Positions 52,380-64,000 of a stretch of DNA of 64,000 nucleotides are shown in pieces. The stretch lies in assembly GCA_964016885.1 (NCBI GenBank), contig OZ024745.1, positions 122,822,001 through 122,886,000 on the forward strand. Direction: 5' to 3'. Every line of letters begins with the position of its first letter. The stretch's first letter is position 1. The notes under the pieces are model-generated. The model did not search any database. It saw nothing but the letters and a program-made list of their open reading frames with translations, and was not told where the DNA came from. Origin of the DNA: Eledone cirrhosa. Its lineage: Eukaryota. The translations under genes and the position numbers were made by a program.

Positions 52380-52808
52380 TTTACCAATAGAGAGAGAGTC
52401 GGTTTCTAACATAGACACAAGACTCTCTCATTGGAATTTACACATCAACTAGGTAGATATGTATGTATGCATGGATGTTATTGTATGTGTGGATGTGGAT
52501 GTTTTGAGTTGTATGTGTGCATGTGTATATGCTTTGTATCTGTACATGTGTATATGCAGTTATTAGATGCAAAATTTTGGAATGTTTTACATATTTTTAC
52601 TGTTCCATGAATGGATTGTACTTGTAGTTTCCTAACTAGTTGTGTTCTTTCTGTTCCTGTGAGGCCTAGCTTCTCAAGATTTGTATTGAGGCAGTCACTA
52701 AGATATCCCAGTGCCCCAATAATCACAGGCATAAATCTGAAGGTGTAATCAGGGTGGAGTATCTGCAGATTTCTCATCAGTTCTGCATAAATATGCTCCT
52801 TTTCACTA
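52380..52808 (-). mobile_element. R4/Dong-like non-LTR retrotransposon 3' end (restriction-like endonuclease)
   Basis: EKEHIYAELMRNLQILHPDYTFRFMPVIIGALGYL...GTVKICKTF, followed by a 3' UTR. Sits in microsatellite. Confidence 0.65.
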
Positions 52809-55800
52809 ATCTATGTATGTATAGATGTATGTATGTACAAAGGGCAGAAGAACTCATAAGAGTCAACGGCCATCCAAAAGTGTGTAAATATGTATATACA
52901 CATGTACATATGTGTATATACATGGGTGCATGTGTAAGTATATGCGTGGGGACATAGAAATGGTCGAGCTTGACACCCGATCACGCGGTTAAACCACTGA
53001 GGGTGAAGCACCCCTAGCCTTTGTCAGGACATTCTTCTAGGAGAAGGCAACTCAGGAAACTGGGATAACTTCGATATAAAACCTGCGGCTCAGTAGTTAC
53101 AGATGATGTTGATATTTTCTTCCTTTCGGGTTATAGCTAGTCACTCAGAGAGTGGGATTGGCTCAGTGCACAGTCTTTCCTCACTTTAAAAAATATCTTC
53201 ATGCACAGGCATTGCACGATTGAATTAATTAATAATTATTAATAATGGTATATCTTGCAATGGCCATACTCGATAACGAGGGGGCAGCCATCATGTACAT
53301 ATATATATATGTATGTACATATATATGTATGTATGCATGTATGTATGTATGTATGTATATATGTGTGTATGTATGTATGTATGTATGTATGTATGTATGT
53401 ATGTATGTATGTACATATATAAGTATGTACATATATATGTATGTACATACCCATACTAGCGTGGAAGATGGACGTTAAACGATGACGATATGTATGTATG
53501 TGCCTTCTCTCACTTATATATCTGCAAGCAAAAATTCTGAAAGAAATATAGTTGTGTTAACTCAAGTGAGTAACCTTTAAGACATATCATTAGACTCAGA
53601 TTTAACAGTTGATTTGTTTTCAACAGATTCCAGAAGGTGATGTGGTTGCACATCGCCACGATTGGTTGAATATTTCATCAGATGATTTGGTAAAATGTGA
53701 TCTGGCAATGCAACTTAAGTTTTCCTCTCATAGCTGATTAAAAGTAATGTTACTGCACTGAAAAACTTTAATAAGCAAAATCTCAATGCCGTTAGCAATT
53801 TGGCTCAGAAACTTGTTATCGATAGCATATACAAGTACAAACAATTCTGATCGATACTATAGTATGTGTAATGTAGTAAATTTATTAAAACAGAATCTCT
53901 GGTATAGATAAGGATGCTTCTTTTAGTGTTGGTTTATTTCATTTTATTATTTTTTAAAGTGTCTTTCTGATGTGTATGTATTTAAAGAAGAAAGAGAATA
54001 TATATCATAGTTACATACATTCATGTATGTGTTGATGCAAAATTTGTACATATGCATCTCAATTGTGAAGCATATGAATATAGATATACATATGTCTATG
54101 TGAACGCCAATATGGGTTGATTTAAGTGCATATGATATTCCGAAATTAAAACAAGAATCCTGGCATGTACAAAGAAAAAATTATTTTTTTTAAATGTTTC
54201 ATATTTTTTTATAAAAAGATCGGAATATGCAATTATAGTAACTGAAGGTGAGCAAAATATAGATTTCTTTCATTCTACTCTGGTTTCGATTAGTAAGTAG
54301 TAAGGACAAAGGAATAATAGATAAAATAGCATATATGGAAAGTGTTATTAGTATCATTGCAAAAGAAATGAACACATCGGGTGGTTGATAAAAAATCAGT
54401 TTTGCTCATTCATTATAAGAATAATAGAAAAATAGAAAATCTTAGATTTCTGGCAAACTGCATGAACTTAAATGATATGTTAAAAGAAATATATTTTAAC
54501 TTAGCTTTACAATGATATTACTAATAATATTACTATCATTTACTATATATATATATACTATTAGTATAGAACCTAACGGAAATCGATCCCTAAATCAGGA
54601 TCTCCACCGTCTCTATTACTTACCACTAGGCTACAGGGACGGTTATACATATAAACTATTTTAATTTCCTGTTATGAATCTAAATTCCTTGTAATCTATA
54701 TAAGTTTGTTATTTCTCACTAATACATTTATCACCCCAAACATTTTTTCCTTCCCTTTTAACAACATTCTTTAATAACATCTAACTCTTATTTATCATAT
54801 CTATATGAATTAATATAAATGTATCCCTATAAGTATACCTATCAATTAAATTAATTTAATTTCTTTTTATAGATCTAAATTCCTTGTGTTTTAAATAAGA
54901 TTAGTATTTCTCACTAACACATTTATCGTAAAATTTTATTCTCCTTCGATTTTAACATTAGCATTATTCTTTAATAACATAAAATTTTCGTGTAATTTTC
55001 ACCGGCTTGACCTCTTTTCATCCCCAAAGTAATCTTTTCATTCAAAATATTCTTTCCATTCAAAACTGAAGTCTGCATTCCTCTACCCCTAAATTAAATT
55101 TCTACTATTACTATTCTATCAACTTGACCACTTACTACTTTTCTATTGGTCAATTCAAAACCTGTTCCCAAACAGACCTATTATATTAAATCTTTGTTGG
55201 TTTTTTTCAATAAACAAATATCATTAATTGGCAGTACTGGTAGAGGGTCGGACATGCTTTCCAGCATAGTTACGTCCCTTTACGATCTGAGTTCAAATCC
55301 CGCCGAGGTTAACTTTGCCTTTCATCCTTACGAGGTCGATAAAATAAAGTACCAGTGATGCACTGGGTAATTGCTGGCCTTGTGCCAAAAGTAGAAACAA
55401 TTATTTCTGAGTCGATTGGCAGTATCAGTAGAGGGTCGGACGCCATGCTTTCCAACATAGTTACGTCCCTTTACGATCTGAGTTCAAATCCCGCCAAGGG
55501 TGACTTTGCCTTTCATCCTAACGGGGTCGATAAAATAAAGTACCAGTAATGCACTGGGTAGTTGCTGGCCTTGTGCCTAAAGTAGAAACAATTATTTCTG
55601 AAGACAGCATATATATGTGTAGGTATATATATTCCCTCTGATAGTTTGTAAAATTTTTACATTGATCTATAGGATATACATACCAACACACACATATCCT
55701 AGAAACGATCGTAAAATGGTGAATTTTTTAATATAAGGAACTGTTTATTTGTTTTTATTCATTATTTTTATTAATTTATCTTGACTCTGTTTTCTTGTGA

Positions 55801-55906
55801 TTTTCATCAAAAATTTTTTGAATACATCTTCTCTTTTCATGATATTTGGATTACATTGACTTCTTCATACGGATTGGACACTACCGTATATTTTGGTAGA
55901 TTTATC

Positions 55907-55937
<31 letters not shown>

Positions 55938-55944
55938 TTATGTC

Positions 55945-56345
55945 AGGTCACCAGTTGGTGCTACTGGTAACATGTATCCCAGTACAACCTGTCTCATGGT
56001 CGGGTCGTTGGCGACTAAACTGGCAACCCCACCAAGGTTTCTTGGTGAGGAGGGTGACTTTGGACATCCTGCAGGACTAAAAACAAAACCTGTCAAAGGG
56101 CAAAGGAGCTCTTAAGAGTCAATGGCCATCCAAAATCACCGGGAGAGATGACCCCTTAGCCTTTATCAAGGCAGAATTCTAGGAGAAGGAAAACTCTGAT
56201 ATAACACCTGCAACCCTGATGGTATCCAATGATGTTGACTTGTTCTTCTTTTTGGTAAATATCATGTTGGTTAAGAGAGTGGGACTGGCTTTGTGCAGTG
56301 CCTTTGCTCACTATAAAAGCTTCACGGCACAGGCATTGCTTTATA
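55945..56345 (+). repeat. Longest copy of the RTE-5'-UTR-like repeat
   Basis: Homologous to 193-370 and 52840-53220. Confidence 0.6.
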
Positions 56346-56696
56346 TCTGGAGATCTCTCTGCACTTGTCCTCACATGGTACCATGGGCCCAGCACTATGT
56401 GTCAATAATTGTCACAAGTGTTGTGTTTGTACCAGAGGTTTCAAGTCGCTGGCTGGACTAGAAAGTCACCCTCGTTCAGCGCTTCGGTAGGGGTTCTCCT
56501 ACATGGATATAAAGTAGTGGCCGTACTCGAAAACGAGTTGGCAGCCACCATATATATATATATCGAGGTATATTGTCTTTAAAGCATAGACCCCCAGTAG
56601 ACAACTGATGAGGAAAACTCCCTCCCCCCGTTCTTGCTTTCTTCGTATTCCCACTGCATTTTAAGTTACCTTAAATAGCAACTACACAGCCATTTC

Positions 56697-56794
<98 letters not shown>

Positions 56795-56978
56795 ATATAA
56801 TAGAATTAGGATTTAGCTCCAGGCATAGCTGTAAACAGATCAGATATGTATAGAAATTTCGTATTTCTAAAGAAACACGGTATGTTTACAGGTATGTTTA
56901 CATTTAAAATGCTGTAGCTATGCAAAAAACACTGGGGCTACCGCCCTCTGGTGGTGTCTAGCAGAAGCAAGGGGGACA

Positions 56979-57022
56979 ATCGTCGATGCATTTTGGACTT
57001 AACTGGTCTTCATCAGGACGAT
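56979..57022 (-). ncRNA. Decayed minimal hammerhead (G12A)
   Basis: AUCGUC CUGAUGA AGAC CAGUUAA GUCC AAAA UGCA UC GACGAU. Perfect 6-bp stem I and palindromic stem III. Confidence 0.72.
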
Positions 57023-57133
57023 CCCTCTCACGTTTGCGACTGCTGGACTTGAAAACAGTCGCGTATATATAGTTTTCTTGACTGTGTAAATGAGGTGATT
57101 AATCTCATTTGCATATGAAGCTGCATAAGTTGG

Positions 57134-57211
<78 letters not shown>

Positions 57212-57739
57212 ACATTGTGTACATATATTTATATATATATATATATATGTGTATGTATGTATATCTCCATTTACTGTTCATTTTTCCAAGCTTGCATGGG
57301 TTATGCAAGCTGTCATGTATTGAGGCTAAACTGATCAGGTGACTATGTCCTGGTTGTATGCTCTGTTTTTTACTTAGTTTCTATAGCTGGCTGCCTTTCC
57401 TAACACCAATCTCTTTACCATGTTCTTGGAGCATTGTATTGTGACTCTGGCACTATTACCTCATAGATTAGACTTGATGTTGTTTATCCTGGGAACCAGC
57501 ACTACCATCTTACAGGATAGACTGGGTACCTTTCATCACAGTACCAACACCACCATCTTACAAGGTGTGCTGGGTACTACTTCACTACAACACTAGAGTT
57601 CTCAATGTATTCTTTATCAGACTAAGGAGACATTGCTGCTAATGTGATACAGTGCTTGGTGTGTCCTTGGTCAGAAGGGAGTTGTAGTATATAAATGAGA
57701 GGTGTGCAGACTATGTGATACACTTGCTGAGGGTGGTAG

Positions 57740-57990
57740 TGAGGGAGAGAGAGAGACATCCCATCATGGGAGAGAAAACTTTTTCTGCATATGGAGTAAA
57801 GCCATTTTCCTGAATCAATCAGGGTCCCGTTTTCTTTCTTACTTTGCAGGACATTAGCCTTTCTGAAGTTACTATGAGGCTTTTTGATTCCAGGTATTGC
57901 TTCCAAATTTGGAATTTCTTCTTTAATTCTACAACAGATTTCGCTATGAGAACTAAATTATTGGCCTATTGGTGTTCCTATGGCCAGTCA
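57740..57990 (-). mobile_element. Highly decayed RTE fragment
   Basis: SKKENGTLIDSGKWLYSICRK matches the pre-finger segment of the other RTE copies. Confidence 0.65.
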
Positions 57991-60900
57991 GTCTTAACCC
58001 TTTAGCATTTAAACCGGCCATATTCAGACAGAATTCTGTCACCTCTTTCTGTTCAAACTGGTCGTAACTGGCTATTCATACTTATGTTAAGGTATTGTTA
58101 TCAAAATAAATAACACCACAATCTCATAGATTCAATATTATGTTCCTGCAACTGGTGCAACCAGTTGTTGGGGTACTCCTGTAGATGCTTTTGCAGTCAG
58201 TCATTGCCATTTGTGAGCTCACAAAAACAAGATGGTGTAAGACAGAAGAAAGGATAGAAACTAAGTAACATGAAAAATAGTCACTGAGGTCACAGAATAA
58301 ATAAACAAATAAACCACCATTCTGTTATTAAACTAATCAACTGGGAAATTATAATAATAAATTGAGGTGTCTGTTTTTTATTGGCGGCATGACCCTCCCA
58401 AAGCATTTAAGCCTTTTGATACCAAACCAACTGAAACTGCTTTTAGTTCTATTATACAAAACTATTTTTTTATCAAGTGCTTACGTTTATCTAAAAATAT
58501 ATTCCATCATAATTTTGTTAAATTAATCTCCAAATAATTGCTTAATAATAAGAAAGTTATAAATCCTGATTATTTTCAAAATATTTGAAAATGATATGCA
58601 ATGTCTTTCACTAGAAAAAATTATAATGAAAGAGTTAAAATGGTAAGGTGTGTGTTGAGAGAGATCTGGATACTATTTCTATAAAGTTGAGTAATCACAT
58701 AGAGACTCCTTTGTTTGGCTAAGAAATATCTGTTGGTTGTGTCATGAAAATATGTAGGAATTAAGTACACCTAAGCTTGTTCACAATAGTCTGGTAAAGT
58801 GTTGCAAATAAGACAAACGACTGCCAAAAGTTGATAAGATATAATTAGGTCAACGATATGCTGAAAAATATTCAGAAAAAAAACAAAAAAAGCTATTGAT
58901 CTTTAAGAATTGGGAACAGCAATAATTTGGTGGAAAAACAGGATTTGTACTAGCAGCAGCCTATTAAGTACACTAACCTAATCTATACTGGCAGAGAAAC
59001 AATAAAATAACAATGATGATTACTGTGATAATGATGATGAAGGCAGGATATTTCTTGATATTTTTGACAGTATCCTGCAAATTTTTTTCTTTGTTTCTTT
59101 TATTTTCAGAGATTCATTTCTTTTTCTCACTCTTTATCATACATTTATAAACTCCTAGATAAGAATCATTAAAGTATTCATTCTTAAAGATACTTGGTTG
59201 GCTGTGGGCCAACTTGCTGCTTTCTTCCTTTCAATAACGCAGTTACCATTAGTATATGAAATGCTTCTGTTAAACCCATCCTTTATGAAAGTAAAATCTT
59301 TCTTTCTGAAACCAGGACAAATAATATAACAACATTAAAATAATCGAATGTTTTTCACGGACACCAATATTTTCTGCATGGTATATTTACTTATTACATT
59401 TTTTATTGCTAAGACAAACTGGCAAGAGGCTTGTGTCTTTTCTTAACAAGCAAGAAGTAAATAATAATTCGAGTCTCTCTCTGCCCCCTCCTCTCTTCTC
59501 TCTCCATCATGCACTCACAAACATACACTCAGTGTTATTATTTCCACTGAAAAAGACAATTTATGTTGCCTTATACTACACTGCAGTCTGCAAATGTCAA
59601 AGCATTTTTATATGCGGAAAAATAATGTTATTGTTATTGTTTGTTTTCACTTTTAACTCTATTGACAAAAAATTGAAGGGTGTCAGATTTGTGTGGTTTC
59701 CTACAGATTTGTGTACATTTCCTAATAGGAATATCTCAGCAAAAACAGGTAATAAAAAAGCATTCTGAAAACAGTGGGAGGATAGTATTTGATAATGTAC
59801 TTTTCTATTATAACCCATGGCTGACCAATGCCTTGACAATGGATTGTTTAGACAGAAACTGTAGTAGTCTGTTGTATTTATACATAATGGTGTGTATGGG
59901 GATTGGGGTGGAGGATGTGTGTGTGTGTATGTGTGTGTGTACATGACAGTCACTGCAAAATGCCACATAGATACCATTTATATAGAAAGAAACCCCTACT
60001 AATGGTTACATTGTCCATCATAGACTATGTTCTGCAGTGTAACAGTTTGATGAACATTAGCAGTATACACACCATGTTTAGAACAAAGTATGGGTTGCTG
60101 GCAGAAGGGAATTCATCCATAGAAAACCTGATTCAAAAAGTCTTGTCACAACCCATGCAAGCATGGAAAAAGTCGATGATGATGATGATGATGATACTGA
60201 TGTAATAATGGTGGCAATGAATGGGAATAGAGATTTAAGAGCCATTATTTAAAATGTTGCATAGAATAGCAAAATAAATAACCCAACAGCAAAAGGCTAT
60301 ACAATATATTGAAGCTATGATTCAACCTTTTGAAGAATGTATCTGGCTTTGGTTCTATATTTTCAGTAGAGTCTTTTAAGACTGTGCTAATTTAACATTA
60401 CTTTCTAAAAGGCCTAAACGTTTTGGTTTTTTTTTTTACTACAAAATAAACCATGTGAGATTTCAGGACAAACTAAACTCACTTCTGGCTGTCTTGATTG
60501 ATTCCCTGTTAGTTATTAATCCTTAATATCCTGTACCACATGAAACCGCATTAGCAAAACATCCATGAAAACTCTGAAACAGGACTACGACTGCATCACA
60601 TTAACAGTTAATGTCTTTATTCTAATGCTGCAAAATTTCACAAAAATCTACCCACGAGTAAAGATACTGTAAACATTTAAATAAAAAAACCTGTTTTTAG
60701 ATATTTTCGGCTCTAATCATAATAAAATGTTAAGAGTTAATTAACCTACTTCCATTTATGTGTACAGTGTTTCTATGAGAGACAAATATTTTCTTAACTA
60801 CAGAAAAGGCAATTAGTCCATTTTTGGAAAGTCGTGATTACATAGGAGTACAGATGAGGTAAATTCTGATGATAATTCTGAAGGATTAATAACTTTTGAT

Positions 60901-61167
60901 CATGGTATTGCTGTTTTATGAGCCATCGTCTCTAAACTACTCTTTTTAAAAACTATATTAAAAGTTGTATAAATGTATCCCTACAATAAACATCTTTCAA
61001 GACACTTAGATATGTTCAGCTGAACTGGCAGAGTTAGTAAGGCAGTGGATAGCAAATCTTGTGGTATATGTCCCAGTTACCTAGCTCTCTATAAACTGAG
61101 TGTTGAGTGTTATATATCCCAGTTTTTCAGCTTTGTATAATTTAAGTTCATCTTAACATTTTCTCCT

Positions 61168-61382
61168 TTAACCTTTATATTATATTTACTATTGTATTTT
61201 CGTGGTAAAGGCTTTATGTCACAAAATTATCTCATAATATTATCAAATGTATGAGATTTTGATGTTATTTATTTTGAGAAAAAACCTTAACATCAGTATG
61301 AGTGGCTTGTTATGGCTGGTTTGAACAGAAAGAGGTGAGAAAATTCTGACAGATATGGCTGGTTTAACTGCTAAAAGGTTAA
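61168..61382. mobile_element. piggyBac-like MITE, decayed
   Basis: Colinear with 1811-2038. Confidence 0.7.
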
Positions 61383-62564
61383 GGGTTGATAAAATTGAAT
61401 ACCAGTTCATGGTGGGTGAATGGTCAAATTGTTAGAGCATCAAATGAAATATCTTGTGGTATCTGTTCTTGCATTCTGAGTTCAAATTCCACTGATGGCC
61501 AAGTCTAATCACCTGAACATGGGATCACAACTGATTATGAAATTAAATGAAAAGGATTGCGGCCATCTGCTATTGCAGTTCAACAATGATGATGTTGATA
61601 TGTGCACGAAATTTTGATGCATAAAACACAGTAATTACTCAAGAGTCATGACAGACAAGTTTAACAAGCCAGCAACATGATGATAAATACATGCATAATG
61701 CAACTCACAACTTTGGATATTTCTTGCTTAACTAAGACCCCAGCATGATATGGCAATATTCTGTTTAACTGAAAGAACTATTTACTTCTCAAAAACTACT
61801 TTGACTTAACCAATTGCCTGCAGTAAACAAAAACCCAGCTTGATTATCTAATAATAAAACAAGTATTCAGCTTTTGTGTAAAGTGGAAGTATAGAAGCTG
61901 TAAATAATCAAAAGCAGCTCAGAATAGAATGCTGAAGCATGGGGTCACACTCAGACAAAGAAAGATACATTAAATACTACAGACAAAAGGAGGATTTCCA
62001 CTAGAAAAATATTCTATGATCTGATACTAGAATCTTAGAACAAAACTGGATGAGGAGAAATATCAAATGATTTTAAGTACTTATACATTCCTTTTGAAAA
62101 ATAACAAGGTGAATGTGCTTTGTAAGTTTGCTTTCGGTTATTAATTAAAAACCTCGCTTGCAGCAATTCTATCCAAGTTTTCTTAATGATGTCTCTACCA
62201 CTTTTACTGGACAATATATCTGAACTACTTTGTAATATACATTAGTGCATCTGTACCATCACCGAACATCTTACATGGCATGACTCTTGGCTATTGTTCT
62301 AACTCACTGCATGTGGCACAGAACTAGATTAATAGAATCTGTGATTTCAGTGTATTTACCAGCACAGACAGTAAAAGATATGCTGTATTCAGAAAGAAAT
62401 AGAAAACTCTTCTTTCAGTTTTATCAAGAATTTAGCTTGCTAAATCTGAAATTTTTGGTATCATTATAAAGTCAACTATAAAATAATTTGATACAAATCC
62501 ACTGAAAACAAGGACATTTTATTGTTGATGGAACTTGCAGCAAACCCTTGAGGATATAAGACAA

Positions 62565-62900
62565 TTCCTCCTCCTCCTCCCCCATCCTCCTCCTCCTCCC
62601 CCATCCTCCTCCTCATTGTCCCCTTCTTCTTCTTCTTCTTCTTCTTCTTCTTCTTCTTCTTCTTCTTCTTCTTCTTCTTCTTCCTGAGAGGGTCGTGGAA
62701 GCAGAGTCCTCAAACACTCCTTCCAGTGGGTCCTGTCAGAAGCCAACTGATCCAGCTGGATTCTCAAGCGAGACCAAGCTTATGGATGTTATCCAACCAT
62801 CTTGGTTGTGGTCTACCCCTGGGTCTCCTGCCAGTTGGTTTTGCCCATAAAATCTGTCCAGCGATTCTTTCCTGAAACATTCTAATCACATGCCCATAGT
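62565..62900 (-). mobile_element. RTE-type LINE 3' end with (GAA)n/(GGA)n tail
   Basis: QLDQLASDRTHW, preceded by ...GRRPRGRPQPRW, then a trinucleotide tail. Confidence 0.7.
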
Positions 62901-62934
62901 TAATAGACATTCTTCGTTAATAGACATTCTTCTC

Positions 62935-64000
62935 AGTGTTTTGGTGCTCCCCTTCTGTTATATCGTCAAAACTGCTTACAGACTAACTTTCATGAGCCGG
63001 TTGACTGTTTTCCACTGGAATAAGAGGTTCCAGGAGGGCAGGGAGAAAGTGAGGAATAACAAGAGGTGTGGCAGGGAGAGGGACATCAGGATGCCAAAGT
63101 TTGGTCGACAAAATTCACATATTTCTGGACGAGAACAATCTTGCATCTCTACTGACACTTGCTAAACAATTTGAAGTGGCTGAAGGTACTGTGCACAGAG
63201 TCATTCATGGTGATCTGAACATGCACAAAATATGTGCAAAGTTTGTTCCCAGAGTGCTCAATGAAGATCAAAATCAAAGGCAGAGGCACATTGATGACAG
63301 CAGGGAGATGGTCAAATGGATTGCTTCAAATCCAAGTGTTCTTGAGTCTCTGGTAACCTGTGACAAGAGCTGGGTCTACTGTTATGATCCAGAGACCAAG
63401 AGACAGAGTGCCCAGTGGAAACATTCTGATTCTCCAAAACCCAAGAAGGCAAGGCAAAGCAGATCCACTGGGAAGCTCATGATGATTCCATTCTTCGACA
63501 GCAAGGGCGTCATCTACATCTACTGGGTCCCCCACAGCCAGACTGTCAAAAAAGAGTACTAGGTTTTGAGGTTTTGAGGCAGTTAAGAAAAAGGTTTCGT
63601 CACAAGAGACCAGAACTCTTCAAGTCTGGTCAGTGGCACCTGCACCAGGACAATGCCTCCCTGCCACAAATCCATTCTGGTGACCAACTACTTGGCCAAT
63701 ATGGGGATCAAGACTGTCTCTCCTCCCCCATACAGTCCAGACTTAGCCCCATACAACTTCTGCATGTTCCCAAAGCTGAAAAAGAAGCTTGAGGATGTGG
63801 AGGAGATGAAGGTGGCTTTGACATGCACCGTGTACAATTTCACTTTGGAGGACTACAAGCGATCCTTTGAGATATTGCTGGAGTCCTACAACAAGTACAT
63901 TGAAGTTGGAGGATCCTACTTTGAGGGAGACAAGAGCTTTTTGTTGATGTGAGGTAAATAAATGTCTCTCTGATAAAAGTCTCAAAACCTCTTGAGTGTA
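62935..64000 (+). pseudogene. Decayed mariner transposase
   Basis: ICAKFVPRVL, VTCDKSWVYCYDPETKRQSAQW, LHQDNA and PPYSPDLAP. Frameshifts and stops present. Runs to the window edge. Confidence 0.92.

Noticed and set aside
52765-52785. Minus-strand CTGATGAGAAA
   Set aside because: Part of the R4-like coding frame (ELMRN), with no stems.
53627-53737. Plus-strand candidate exon IPEGDVVAHRHDWLNISSDDL after a good acceptor
   Set aside because: No recognisable homology or partner exon. Needs RNA-seq.
58337-58354. 18-nt match TCAACTGGGAAATTATAA to the 6-kb satellite
   Set aside because: It spans the satellite unit junction and lies in a decayed copy of an unrelated family whose better copy differs here. 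Likely coincidence.
62519-62767. Poly-Glu/Gly ORF
   Set aside because: Read-through of a LINE end into its (GAA)n/(GGA)n tail.

Overview
AT-rich eukaryotic non-coding DNA, saturated with (TA)n/(CA)n/(GA)n/(ATG)n microsatellites. The repeat content suggests an octopus or other cephalopod genome (inference). Nearly all ORFs in the track are microsatellite artefacts or decayed transposons. One convincing host exon was found: 148 bp on the minus strand (22150-22297), encoding the coiled-coil that follows the N-terminal PH domain of RasGRF. The window is therefore probably two long introns of a RasGRF-like gene. Mobile DNA includes a near-complete decayed RTE LINE with a PHD-like finger, fragments of RTE, Tx1/L1, CR1, CRE, R4/Dong-like and Ingi/Vingi-like LINEs, three SINE-like families, a mariner relic, and hAT, piggyBac-like and Tc1-like MITEs. 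The most striking non-obvious signal is about 15 type-I hammerhead ribozyme motifs (intact, variant, decayed or half) from several families. They sit in short non-coding elements inserted in (TA)n tracts, many with fold-back palindromes, as expected of Penelope-like element termini. Some fold-backs are centred exactly on ribozyme hairpins. All alignments and folds were done by eye.
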